A stretch of 20,000 nucleotides of DNA from an uncultured virus (IMG/VR IMGVR_UViG_3300025881_000012) (IMGVR_UViG_3300025881_000012), one strand, 5' to 3'; numbered from the stretch's first letter, positions 1 to 9,037 are shown. Notes: a model not told the origin generated them from the sequence alone. Program-made: numbers and translations.

Positions 1-63
1 AGGTATCTCCTTGGTTACGCGAGGACTCTTCGATAAGTTTCCGTCTTCGTTTGAATTTGCCAT
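1..63 (-). CDS. gp25: Baseplate wedge subunit gp25, N-terminal fragment (runs off the window)
   Basis: Hand translation from ATG at 63 gives MANSNEDGNLSKSPRVTKEIP..., resembling N-termini of gp25 in marine T4-like phages. It follows the gp5 locus as in T4-like synteny and has its own late promoter. Confidence 0.6.
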   Translation of the reverse strand, partial: MANSNEDGNLSKSPRVTKEIP

Positions 64-86
64 TATTATACCCTAATTAATGCTTT

Positions 87-94
87 TATTTATA
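87..94 (-). promoter_or_regulatory. T4-type late promoter TATAAATA for the gp25-like gene
   Basis: tatttata at 87-94 reads TATAAATA on the minus strand, in the intergenic gap upstream of ATG 63. Confidence 0.85.
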
Positions 95-97
95 TGA

Positions 98-856
98 TTA
101 TTCAGGAAGAATTTCTAAAAGTTCGTTTCTTGTTTGTACTTCGCCGTTATATGTTGTCTCCAAACCATATTTGTAAGATACTTCATACGTATCAGGCACC
201 TCAGGTGTTTCAATAACAATCTGGCACGTAAGAGAACCTTTTGGATCAAACGTGTCATAGTCCAGTGTCAGTTTATCATAGTCAATATAATCTTTCCAGT
301 AGACTGCCAGATCAAACGTCTTCTCGGGATCTGTTTGTCCAGAACGATCAATCAACTGATAAACGACTGCTTGACCTTTTCGTCTTAGATCTAGAATACC
401 CGATGGTCGTTCACCAATATAGTTTGGCTTGTTGACAACCCATCCAATCACATCGTTCTGATTTCGTCCGTCAATTCCTTTCTTCTTTTCTTTGTATGAT
501 GCACCGGGCGTTGCACTCGCCATATTTTTTGCAGTGTCTTTGTTACCTGCTTGAATCTCTTGAACCTCAAACTTAGGATTAGGTTCGTATATACCTTCAC
601 TGACTACCAGTCGGTGTTGCTCAAACTGTTTCATGCCCGAGATAGACTGGATGATTTTGGCATGAAGCACCAGATTTCTTGCTAGTTGCTGAAAGTCAGG
701 TGGTCCATTAAATGAATCGTTATATAACTTCTTTAACTGTGTACGTGATCCTGGTGCACCCAGAAACTTAGCCATTGTAATACCAGGACCTAACTGAGTG
801 GCAGATGTAATAATCTGACCGGTAGGATCATATTGTGCATCAACTAATATATTCAT
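98..856 (-). CDS. gp5-associated baseplate protein with degenerate peptidase M15-like fold
   Basis: Motif order QLGPGITMAKF...LARNL...VVSEGIY...GQAVVY...AVYWKDYIDYDKLTLDY parallels the M15A domain found on gp5 of many T4-like phages (QLSxNFTL...NL...I.SGYR...SQH..GQA.D...YDQLILEY...WIH). The Zn ligands are missing. ATGA overlap with the upstream gp5 beta-helix gene. Confidence 0.5.
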   Translation of the reverse strand: MNILVDAQYDPTGQIITSATQLGPGITMAKFLGAPGSRTQLKKLYNDSFNGPPDFQQLARNLVLHAKIIQSISGMKQFEQHRLVVSEGIYEPNPKFEVQEIQAGNKDTAKNMASATPGASYKEKKKGIDGRNQNDVIGWVVNKPNYIGERPSGILDLRRKGQAVVYQLIDRSGQTDPEKTFDLAVYWKDYIDYDKLTLDYDTFDPKGSLTCQIVIETPEVPDTYEVSYKYGLETTYNGEVQTRNELLEILPE

Positions 857-2316
857 TTATTCACCTTGAAACGCTTGCTTCTATTGTCAGCAGGATTGTT
901 GCCTAATAATTCAACACCAAATCGTATAGTACCTTCTTTGTTTGCAGATCGTCCTATGTTCTTAGGTATGGTCTTATTGTAGTTCTCACTTAACAGCCCC
1001 TCACTCACTAAGATGCCAGTCAACTTTCCGTTCTTCATATTTGCGGGTGATCGGAGTTTACTTCGGATCTCTGCTATCGTAGGATCAAAGTTAAACAGAT
1101 CATCATAGTCATCTGACTTGAGTATCTTATCTTTGAGTTTAGGATCTACTGCCACATTTCTCACACCATATGCACTTGTTGCCAGCATCAGTTCAACGAT
1201 ACCTGGATTTGGTAATGGTGCAGTGGGAGGCAAAACTGGATAGGGCATGATGCCGGGCTTAGGTGGTACTATCGTGGGTTTTGGACCTGGCTTTGCGTCT
1301 TTGGCTGTGACTGCTGTAAGTGCGGCACCCGCACCTATGGCGTAGCCCGCCTGAGATGCTTTCATTGCATAATCAGCATGGAATGCTTCTGTTGCTCTTC
1401 CTACCAAAGCGCCATAGAATGTCGCAATGTTTGTTACACCGCCAGGAAGTCCACCGTATGACTTGCCGTAATAGTCAATCAAAGAACCACCAATGGTTCC
1501 TTTGTGTCCGATTAATGAAACATGTCTAGCAGAAATGTTGGCTGTGCTTGCGGCGGCAGTCCATTCTGATACTGCCGTAGTCACAAGATTCTGACCTGCT
1601 GTCAGTTCTGTTGAGCCCACACTGCGATAGTTAGCATTGCCGGACACAATCGTATTGTGGTCATCAAGAATTACTTCTGTGTTTTTGCCTATCACGTTTG
1701 CACTTCTTGATCCACGAACGGTGTAGTTTTGATCACGATCAACAGTCTTGGTGTGTCTGCCCTTGACCTTCTCTATCTTGTCACCCGCAATGTTGAGATT
1801 ATAGTTACCCTCAACATCTAGATTGAAATCACCAGCCACTTTAAAGTTAACATCACCCTTGTAAATAAGATTGCCTTCGCCTTCTACAATGACAGTTGCA
1901 TCACCGCCTGTAACCTGTACAGTCTGTCGTTGTGATGAAATCAAAACACTACCGTCAGCACGAAGTTCCATGCCAGCGCCTGTTCTGTGTTTGATCAGAA
2001 TTCTCTCACCGCCAGGAGTGTCATCTATTTCAATAACATGACCAGACTCAGTTTCTTGAACTTGATTGAACGGGTACTCTGAGGATTTCTGATCCGGTAA
2101 TTGTAGATCAACCCCATACACACTGCCACCTAGAGCCAGATTGTTGATCTTTGCACCAACAGCCGCTTTGTTAATACTAGTGCCGAAGAAGTAGTCTCGC
2201 TTAGGATATTCGCCTGTAGGATCAACCATGCCATCAGTAGGCACTCCTTGTGTTGCTTCTTGACCCTCATCAAGATATTTCTCTCTTCCTGAAATATCGT
2301 CTACGGTATTAGTCAT
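853..2316 (-). CDS. gp5: gp5 baseplate hub/needle, C-terminal triple beta-helix portion
   Basis: Hallmark YPFNQVQETESGHVIEIDDTPGGERILIKHRTG, followed by VxGxxxxx octapeptide repeats (VEGEGNLI/YKGDVNFK/VAGDFNLD/VEGNYNLN/IAGDKIEK/VKGRHTKT...). The start is probably ATG 2316 (ATGACTAA overlap with the upstream stop) rather than 2328. Confidence 0.9.
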   Translation of the reverse strand: MTNTVDDISGREKYLDEGQEATQGVPTDGMVDPTGEYPKRDYFFGTSINKAAVGAKINNLALGGSVYGVDLQLPDQKSSEYPFNQVQETESGHVIEIDDTPGGERILIKHRTGAGMELRADGSVLISSQRQTVQVTGGDATVIVEGEGNLIYKGDVNFKVAGDFNLDVEGNYNLNIAGDKIEKVKGRHTKTVDRDQNYTVRGSRSANVIGKNTEVILDDHNTIVSGNANYRSVGSTELTAGQNLVTTAVSEWTAAASTANISARHVSLIGHKGTIGGSLIDYYGKSYGGLPGGVTNIATFYGALVGRATEAFHADYAMKASQAGYAIGAGAALTAVTAKDAKPGPKPTIVPPKPGIMPYPVLPPTAPLPNPGIVELMLATSAYGVRNVAVDPKLKDKILKSDDYDDLFNFDPTIAEIRSKLRSPANMKNGKLTGILVSEGLLSENYNKTIPKNIGRSANKEGTIRFGVELLGNNPADNRSKRFKVNK

Positions 2317-4282
2317 AGTGTTTTCCAAACCTTGTTAAAACATAATCGGTAACTTCAAATCCAGGATCAACGTTCTGTCCTGTAAAATCTAACTCAGAGT
2401 GACCTTTGATAATGCCTCCTGGATATATCGCAAAGAATGCTCGGCACCAATGATCAAAGGTATTTATTTGGCTTCGTGTCAATGATTGAGATGATAGGAA
2501 GTTAGCCGCGTTAGGTGTACCTGTTGGAGCATTAATGCCACCCACAAATACAAACGACAATGTTCCTTTGTCATAATCAGGTGTGTGTTGTCCATCTTCG
2601 TTGACTGGACGTCCACGTTGCAGAGATCCATCACGCCGACATACATAATGATATCCCAGACCATCTAGTCCTGCCGCTAGGTGCCAAGAGTTAATCTCCT
2701 CACTACCCACATTTTTGTTTGTGTGTGTCTCTGTCCAATGAACTACAGCCGTGACCTCAGGATCCAATTCACGAGTAATCGCACGAAACTCCGCCGATAG
2801 TTCTTCTACGGACGACACATAAGGAAACACTGGATTGCCTTGCCCTTTGTTCCATGACTTTGAGTATGATCCAATTTCATATGGGTCAGAGAACACCGTA
2901 ACGTCCGGTGGTAACCGTGTTGCACTGGCGATAGTGGTGTCAATAGACTTCACAAATCGTCTGAGTTCTTCATAAGACAATCCGCTACAATCTGAAAGAA
3001 TCTGGATTGCTTTACTCTCATCACCGGCATCACCCTGCGATAGTGCAATGACTTCTTGAATCTTCTCGTCAGATAATACCGGACATATGCCACGAATCTG
3101 ATCTTCAATCTGTGTCAATACTTTGGTACTCAAACCTTGTATAATACCAGATTCGCTATTGTTGCCTGCTTGCGTTTTGACTAGACCTTTATACTCTTCT
3201 ACGTTTCTTTGATAATCATTTTGTGTGGCAGTTTGTGTACTTACTGAATTCAGAACCTGAGCACCGTCTTTACCACCACTTAGATTGGTAAGATCGTCTT
3301 TAGCACCTTCTATGTTTTGTCTTATCTCATTGCCTCGGGTAACAATATTACTCAAGTCAGTAAGGGCATCGGAGTCTATGTTTTTGATAGCACCAAAGAG
3401 TTCATCACTATCTGTTCGGCCTAGAACACCACCTGTTCCTGGATTTGATGTGGTAGCAGTAGAATACGTGATACTTCCGTCAGAGTCTACACTGGGCGGC
3501 TTTCCCAATCCATCATCAAGCAATATCTGATATGAAACAAGTTTGTTTACATTACCAGCCGATGCCAAACCCTGTGTGATGGTTGATTTAACTTCGCTCG
3601 TAACACTTTTAATTGCATCGGATGCAAGACTGTTTATGGATGTGGATGTAAACGCACCCACTTTACCTGCCACCAAATCTTTACCCGCACTAAGAAGACC
3701 CGCCGGCGATGCATTTGTTGCAACCTTTTGCAGATCTCCTATCATGCTTGATGGATCAGTGGAGATTCCAAGACCCGTGATCAATGACAGAATACCTGCG
3801 AGGGCGTCTGCACCACCTTCAGGATTGAGAGATGATGTGACGGGCAATGTCACGCCTGTGTCTGGATCAAACGTGAACTCAATTTCAACTTTGGTGCCTA
3901 GTTTACCAAGAAGTCCAGCGACAGCACCTTCTACCATATCTGTTGCCATGTTCGTTAGACTTGACGCATCACCATTGAGAAGTCCAGTTACTGTGTCTTT
4001 GGCTTCATTGAGTTCACCTTTAAACGCATCTGCTTGTTGTGTCAGACTCTCAATACCGCCAGTGACTTGACCCGCAATCTGACCTGTTACACCAGTAGTC
4101 GCGTCTGTCAATGCACTCTTGGCATTTGCCGCAGTCGCATTAATACCCGATCTGGATATTGCATCACTGGTATTAGAGACCGTTTCCTTTAACTCTTCAC
4201 TATAAGACTCGGTTGAGGCATTGGCTACCCTTTGCGATACATTCTTAATCTTACCTGTTTTAGCGTCTACTATTTCAGTCAT
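2309..4282 (-). CDS. Virion-associated N-acetylmuramoyl-L-alanine amidase (Amidase_2, T7-lysozyme/AmpD-like) with ~500 aa A/S/T/G-rich N-terminal region
   Basis: C-terminus VVHWT...INSWH...GLGYHYVCRRDGSLQRGRP...GQH...FVGG...IKGHSEL...DPGF is a classic Amidase_2 signature with His, His and Asp Zn ligands. Confidence 0.85.
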   Translation of the reverse strand: MTEIVDAKTGKIKNVSQRVANASTESYSEELKETVSNTSDAISRSGINATAANAKSALTDATTGVTGQIAGQVTGGIESLTQQADAFKGELNEAKDTVTGLLNGDASSLTNMATDMVEGAVAGLLGKLGTKVEIEFTFDPDTGVTLPVTSSLNPEGGADALAGILSLITGLGISTDPSSMIGDLQKVATNASPAGLLSAGKDLVAGKVGAFTSTSINSLASDAIKSVTSEVKSTITQGLASAGNVNKLVSYQILLDDGLGKPPSVDSDGSITYSTATTSNPGTGGVLGRTDSDELFGAIKNIDSDALTDLSNIVTRGNEIRQNIEGAKDDLTNLSGGKDGAQVLNSVSTQTATQNDYQRNVEEYKGLVKTQAGNNSESGIIQGLSTKVLTQIEDQIRGICPVLSDEKIQEVIALSQGDAGDESKAIQILSDCSGLSYEELRRFVKSIDTTIASATRLPPDVTVFSDPYEIGSYSKSWNKGQGNPVFPYVSSVEELSAEFRAITRELDPEVTAVVHWTETHTNKNVGSEEINSWHLAAGLDGLGYHYVCRRDGSLQRGRPVNEDGQHTPDYDKGTLSFVFVGGINAPTGTPNAANFLSSQSLTRSQINTFDHWCRAFFAIYPGGIIKGHSELDFTGQNVDPGFEVTDYVLTRFGKHYD

Positions 4283-5130
4283 TATGTTAATACCTCTTCA
4301 TATGCGCGTTGGGCTAACTGATCACTTTTTGCAGTAGACTGTAAATAGAAACTATTGACTGCTTTACTGGCGTCTTTAATATTGTTAGCGGATAGAATTT
4401 TAGAATTGGCAAGATTAAATCGTGTTCTCAATTCAAACAACACGTACTGAAGTTGGGTAGAATACAACTGAGGATCTATCGTCGGTTGATACTGTTGAGC
4501 AAACCGAAGCAGACCCACATAACGACTACCTACCGAAGCATTGATATCCCATTTGGCAATGCCTCCGCCGTCAGTCTTAAATGAATTCGTCTTTTGAAGT
4601 GCACCCGTAATCGCGGCCGCATATATCGCTTCGTAACCATTGTCTATAAAAAACTTCATAGATTGTTGGCGTCTCAATCCAATTTCGGCTTCGGCTTTCT
4701 CATCATCTAGTAAAGGTGATATGATAACATTTTGTACTCTGCTTTGATTGTACTGAAATCCATCGCTGAATCCGGTTGTCTTATTCTTTTGAATAGACGA
4801 TGGCATCTCGGTGTGAGGTAGTGAACCTAATACAAGTGGTATTTGAGATGCAACACCATCCATAAAGATACCAAACACAAACGCACCTTTTGTCAACTGA
4901 GGTATTCGTCCAATGCCCGATGATCCACCTTCTGTTGTAGGTATCAACACTTGTGCCCAAGGCAGATCGGCTTCTGGTATTTCACCCGTTTCTGGATTGT
5001 GAACACCAATAATTCGCACTTTGACTCTGCCCTCTAGACCAGCCGGCGGCGCAGAGTTAATGACATAACCTAGAAACCAGCGATTGTCATCACCATAATA
5101 CTCTTTTTGTATAGGTCTTAATACATTCAT
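4282..5130 (-). CDS. gp5: gp5 N-terminal OB-fold protein fused to a degenerate phage tail lysozyme (Phage_lysozyme2-like) domain
   Basis: WFLGYV...GRVKVRIIGVH...LPWAQVL.P...GAFVFGIFMDG...QIPLVLGSLP matches Gp5_OB. The C-terminus AAAITGAL...GIAKW...R...TQLQYVLFEL resembles Phage_lysozyme2. Confidence 0.85.
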   Translation of the reverse strand: MNVLRPIQKEYYGDDNRWFLGYVINSAPPAGLEGRVKVRIIGVHNPETGEIPEADLPWAQVLIPTTEGGSSGIGRIPQLTKGAFVFGIFMDGVASQIPLVLGSLPHTEMPSSIQKNKTTGFSDGFQYNQSRVQNVIISPLLDDEKAEAEIGLRRQQSMKFFIDNGYEAIYAAAITGALQKTNSFKTDGGGIAKWDINASVGSRYVGLLRFAQQYQPTIDPQLYSTQLQYVLFELRTRFNLANSKILSANNIKDASKAVNSFYLQSTAKSDQLAQRAYEEVLT

Positions 5131-6497
5131 TAAATTTCTGCGTCTTCTGGTATGTCGCCAATCTTGGCTAGTCTGAGGGTTGCGGCATGATTCTCTTGTC
5201 TAAAATAATTCTGGACTGCCATAATCAGATAATCACCACTCTTTTTCTTGTCTAGTCTGTCGTACAATGTGGCTTCGTCTGATGCTTCGGGTTGTGTTGA
5301 AAGGAACAACACACGAATTCTTGCACCCACTGAACACTTAGATTCTATCATAAGTCTTCCATCAATACCTATATCTATGATGTTCTTCTTGAGAATGGCA
5401 CGAATGATCTTGTTCTTGATCTTTAGTCGTGATTCAATCAAATTACCATTTGTGTCTGTCAGTACTGCTTCATCATGATACCCTAAAAACTGATTATAGG
5501 TGCCTGTTGATGTGACTTGAAAGATATTGGCAGAGTTATACTCATCTGCCAGTTTATCACCAATTAACAGTGATGGATCAAACATCGTCTGTGCGGTGTT
5601 TGGATCTAACAGATCGTTTATATAGAACTCATCAACGATGTCGCGAATTGAAATATGATCGCCTAACACACTACCACTACCTGCATCAACATTCGTGTAC
5701 ATTGATCCCACGTTGCCATTCTCCATTTGCAACATCAAATTATCACCGTTCTGTTCACGATAATTTAACACCTGAAAGTACGGTCGGAGTCTTTCATCTT
5801 CCTGATCAAGCGCCGCACCCGCATCTGCATAGCGCAAAGGAAAGTCTTTGTTGAATACAGGCTGTTGCATCAAACCATCAAAGTCAGACAACAAAAGATT
5901 GTTGCTGTATAGTGTAGAGTAAAGATATAATGGACCACCAATGCGAGTCGTCGCTCGCGTCAGTATCCATTGGATCGCCTCTAGTGGACTCATGTAAGGT
6001 ACAACGATCTTTCGTACACCTTGGGCAGAACCACTCTGAGTGATAAACTTTTCAACAGTTTTGCCCAGTTCAATACTGCAAATGTTAGTAATGATATCTT
6101 CAATGTTACCTGTAAAAGATCGTGAGATCTGTTTGACAGAATCTATATACAGTTGATCTTCTACCAAAGACACCGAGATGATTTCGCTGTTATCGTTTTG
6201 ACGGAGACTGTCGTTGATCTGGCTAATAAAGAAGAACTTAGTAAACACCTCGCCTTGAGGATCATTGGGATTACCCAGAACGATTCTAAACTTCTCTGTG
6301 CCTGCGATTGACAATGTGTCCTTGAGACCGAAGTCATCAATGAACACCAGTTGAGCATCAATATAAGGCTTGCCTATGTTCTCAAATGTCTTGAACTCTA
6401 GAAGGCTAGACTTGATATCAACTTCTATATCATTGCCCTGCACTCTAGAAGATATAAGAACAGCCTCTAGAATTGTATTGTTTGTTTCATCAGCCAT
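5130..6497 (-). CDS. Baseplate hub protein, gp27-like
   Basis: 455 aa between gp53 and gp5. The N-terminus VDIKSSLLEFKTFENIGKPYIDAQLVFID and C-terminus KKKSGDYLIMAVQNYF are typical of the hub protein at this position in T4-like phages. Confidence 0.65.
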   Translation of the reverse strand: MADETNNTILEAVLISSRVQGNDIEVDIKSSLLEFKTFENIGKPYIDAQLVFIDDFGLKDTLSIAGTEKFRIVLGNPNDPQGEVFTKFFFISQINDSLRQNDNSEIISVSLVEDQLYIDSVKQISRSFTGNIEDIITNICSIELGKTVEKFITQSGSAQGVRKIVVPYMSPLEAIQWILTRATTRIGGPLYLYSTLYSNNLLLSDFDGLMQQPVFNKDFPLRYADAGAALDQEDERLRPYFQVLNYREQNGDNLMLQMENGNVGSMYTNVDAGSGSVLGDHISIRDIVDEFYINDLLDPNTAQTMFDPSLLIGDKLADEYNSANIFQVTSTGTYNQFLGYHDEAVLTDTNGNLIESRLKIKNKIIRAILKKNIIDIGIDGRLMIESKCSVGARIRVLFLSTQPEASDEATLYDRLDKKKSGDYLIMAVQNYFRQENHAATLRLAKIGDIPEDAEI

Positions 6498-7309
6498 TAG
6501 CCGATTGCCGCCTTGAACTTACCTGCTACTTGTGCGATTAGATCTGATTTGATGATTCGTATTCTTTTCAGTTCATCATTCTCTTCAATCAAATGGTCTA
6601 GGTTTGTGACTTGAATTCTTGTGGCGGGTATTTGATACGTTTCTGTTTGATTGTTCCACTCACCAAAGTATAAATCAATAGGCAAACCACTGTCGTTTCG
6701 GTACTCATATGTACCAAAGTATTCTCTCACGGTGCTCTCTAGCATCTTGGTGTGTGCACCCGTAGTATATGATACTTGAGAGGATGTGCTGTAATCGCTA
6801 TCACGATCAATATTGTAATAGGGTGAGTAGAATGTGATTTCACCAACTTGAAGATTCTTGCTCTTGACGATCATGGGTCTACCATTCAACAACACCTCTT
6901 GACCTACAGGATAAAGTTCAGTCGGAGGTATTGTTGTTTTGTCAAGTGCCCATGATGCCGCACTGTCTACGGTATCATTTGCGAATTCAATCTTGCTTGT
7001 CCAACCGGTGTAGAGATCGTTCTGTGCTAGATCATAGACGTTTTGCATTGATAATGGCCAACCGCGTTCACGAAGTTTATCATTCATCACAAAAAATGTC
7101 CAGTCATATTCGCTGGTACCATACAGTCTGTGTGATAATGTGTCAGGGCGTTCAAAGTCTTTTATCTCATACTCAATGTACGCCGATATCTGATCCGCAA
7201 TCTGATCAATCGTATTGGTAAACTTACTGATATTCTGTACAGCCGTCGGTGTGATTTCATCACCAAACAGATACAGTGTCTTTGGAAAATTCTTGAAATA
7301 ATTACTCAT
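6497..7309 (-). CDS. gp53: Baseplate wedge subunit gp53
   Basis: MSNYFKNFPKTLY...YEIKDFERPDTLSHRLYGTSEYDWTFFVMN...WPLS and C-terminal ENDELKRIRIIK. Confidence 0.9.
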   Translation of the reverse strand: MSNYFKNFPKTLYLFGDEITPTAVQNISKFTNTIDQIADQISAYIEYEIKDFERPDTLSHRLYGTSEYDWTFFVMNDKLRERGWPLSMQNVYDLAQNDLYTGWTSKIEFANDTVDSAASWALDKTTIPPTELYPVGQEVLLNGRPMIVKSKNLQVGEITFYSPYYNIDRDSDYSTSSQVSYTTGAHTKMLESTVREYFGTYEYRNDSGLPIDLYFGEWNNQTETYQIPATRIQVTNLDHLIEENDELKRIRIIKSDLIAQVAGKFKAAIG

Positions 7310-8478
7310 TAGTAACCCTGCCTCACCTTATCTTTATCCAGTGCCACAATCTCTGTGAATCCAAGTGCAATTCCAACCTCAATGAAACTACCGTCGTTAA
7401 ACATTCCATCAGCGGTCTCGTTAAATGTTGTATCAACCTTTTGAAGATAGCATCGTTGAATCTTGAATCCAGGATTACCACCCTGTCTGTTCTTTACTTC
7501 TATCTCAAACACATTAGGATACTTGTACGCAAGAGGCACACCCGAGTTACCGATAGGCACTTTCTCAGGATATAATTCTTCACGAAACATCTGTACAATG
7601 CTTTTGATCGCCCGGGCCTCTTCGGGTGAATTGGCAATCATCTTAAAGTTAAACGCAAAATTTCTAATAGAGGCTTTTTCAAACAGTGTTCTTGTGTTGG
7701 GCGCACTTGCAACTCGTGACGCTGAACTTACTGCGGCGCCAAGATTACCTGTGAGATTAGAACCTAAAACAGCACCAGCGGCACCAGCGACACCGCCACC
7801 AATCTTAGGCAACAAGCCAAGACTAGCACCAGCAATACTGCCAGCGTTTGCGGCGACAACTTGACCTGCGATTGCACTCGCCGCTTTGACTAGTTCGCCA
7901 TTTGCTGTAGTAGCACCCGCAAAAGGATTTCTACCTAGCAATGCGTCTTCGGCTGCCCCACCTAAGATACCAAGATCAGCGCCTTGATATGATACTGCAT
8001 CATTATATGCCAGACCTTTTGGTAAAGGCAGTGTTATCTTGCCATAATTTTCACCACCTGAATTGTTCTCATAACTGACCAACTCTTTCTGTTTTTTCTT
8101 AGAGTCTTCAATGATCTGTTTTTTGTCTTGAGATGATGTGCTTTCGTCGGCAACAGACTGAGTAGTGACACTGGTCAATGAGTCGTTATTTGAGTTAATC
8201 ACCTTCGTAATGCCAACAGCATCAAGAATGTTTTCACCTTCTATTTTAATAACCTTAAAGATGATTCTTGCAGGAAAGTTCTTGCTCATACTCAGCGGAT
8301 AAAAAAGATCTCGTGCTTTGTCTTTGTCCGCTTGAGAAGAACCGGATGCCTCCGCGTTTTCAGAGTCATCTGCTTTTTCGCTGTACAATTCTTGCTCGGC
8401 ATTTGCCTGATCAATCGCATCCAATGCTTCTTGATTAGCCCTTTGCCGAACGGCTTCTAGTTGCGCTTCTGTTGCCAT
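7309..8478 (-). CDS. gp48: Baseplate tail-tube cap gp48
   Basis: ITLPLPKGLAYND.VSY...PNTRTLFEKASIRNFAFNFKMIANSPEEARAIKSIVQMFREELYP...YPNVFEI...CYLQKVDTTF...LGFTE. Divergent from gp4 as in related phages. Confidence 0.85.
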   Translation of the reverse strand: MATEAQLEAVRQRANQEALDAIDQANAEQELYSEKADDSENAEASGSSQADKDKARDLFYPLSMSKNFPARIIFKVIKIEGENILDAVGITKVINSNNDSLTSVTTQSVADESTSSQDKKQIIEDSKKKQKELVSYENNSGGENYGKITLPLPKGLAYNDAVSYQGADLGILGGAAEDALLGRNPFAGATTANGELVKAASAIAGQVVAANAGSIAGASLGLLPKIGGGVAGAAGAVLGSNLTGNLGAAVSSASRVASAPNTRTLFEKASIRNFAFNFKMIANSPEEARAIKSIVQMFREELYPEKVPIGNSGVPLAYKYPNVFEIEVKNRQGGNPGFKIQRCYLQKVDTTFNETADGMFNDGSFIEVGIALGFTEIVALDKDKVRQGY

Positions 8479-8487
8479 ATCAACTCG

Positions 8488-8511
8488 CTAAATACTTTTA
8501 TTTTATTTATA
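8488..8511. promoter_or_regulatory. Crossed late promoters: CTAAATA (+, 8488-8494, toward gp4) and TATAAATA (-, 8504-8511, toward gp48)
   Basis: Both motifs lie in the 40-nt AT-rich gap between divergent gp48 and gp4. The plus-strand copy is a variant of the consensus. Confidence 0.75.
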
Positions 8512-8518
8512 GGCATTT

Positions 8519-9019
8519 ATGGCATACTCTGGACGATATAAAGTTAAAAACCCTTTAAAGTATAAAGGCAATGCCGGCGGTGTCATTTATAGATCCATGT
8601 GGGAAAAATACTGTATGATGTATTTTGATGCTCACAGTGATGTGGCATCATGGTCAAGCGAAGAGGTTGTGATACCTTATCTGTATGAGGTTGATAGAAA
8701 ATATCACCGATACTTTATGGACTTCAAGGTGACATGGAAAGATGGTACAACCACACTGATTGAAGTCAAACCCAATAAAGAAACTAAACCACCCACAGGC
8801 AATAAGCGTACCAAAAGATACATTTCTGAAGGATACACCTACGTCAAGAACATTAACAAGTGGGAAGCCGCGGCTGAATATGCTAAAGATCGTGATTGGA
8901 AGTTTGAAATATGGACTGAAATTGAACTGACCAAAATGGGTATCATGCCTAAGAAACTAAAACCGTTAAAGAAAATGAAGCCCTTTACGAGGAAGAAATG
9001 TACGAAACAAATTCGGTAA
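8519..9019 (+). CDS. gp4: Head completion nuclease gp4 (TnsA-like PD-(D/E)XK)
   Basis: MAYSGRYKVKNPLKYKG...IYRSMWE...WSSEEVVIPY...HRYFMDF...LIEVKP...KWEAA. Confidence 0.93.
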   Translation: MAYSGRYKVKNPLKYKGNAGGVIYRSMWEKYCMMYFDAHSDVASWSSEEVVIPYLYEVDRKYHRYFMDFKVTWKDGTTTLIEVKPNKETKPPTGNKRTKRYISEGYTYVKNINKWEAAAEYAKDRDWKFEIWTEIELTKMGIMPKKLKPLKKMKPFTRKKCTKQIR

Positions 9020-9024
9020 AATCG

Positions 9025-9032
9025 TATAAATA
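9025..9032 (+). promoter_or_regulatory. T4-type late promoter TATAAATA for the gp2-gp54-gp26-gp51-gp29 operon
   Basis: Exact TATAAATA just after the gp4 stop codon. Confidence 0.85.
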
Positions 9033-9037
9033 AATGC

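Noticed and set aside
3285..4070. Plus-strand ORFs of 81 and 175 aa
   Set aside because: Antisense shadows of the low-complexity amidase arm, with no SD or recognisable motif.
7463..7864. Plus-strand 133-aa ORF
   Set aside because: Antisense to well-supported gp48.
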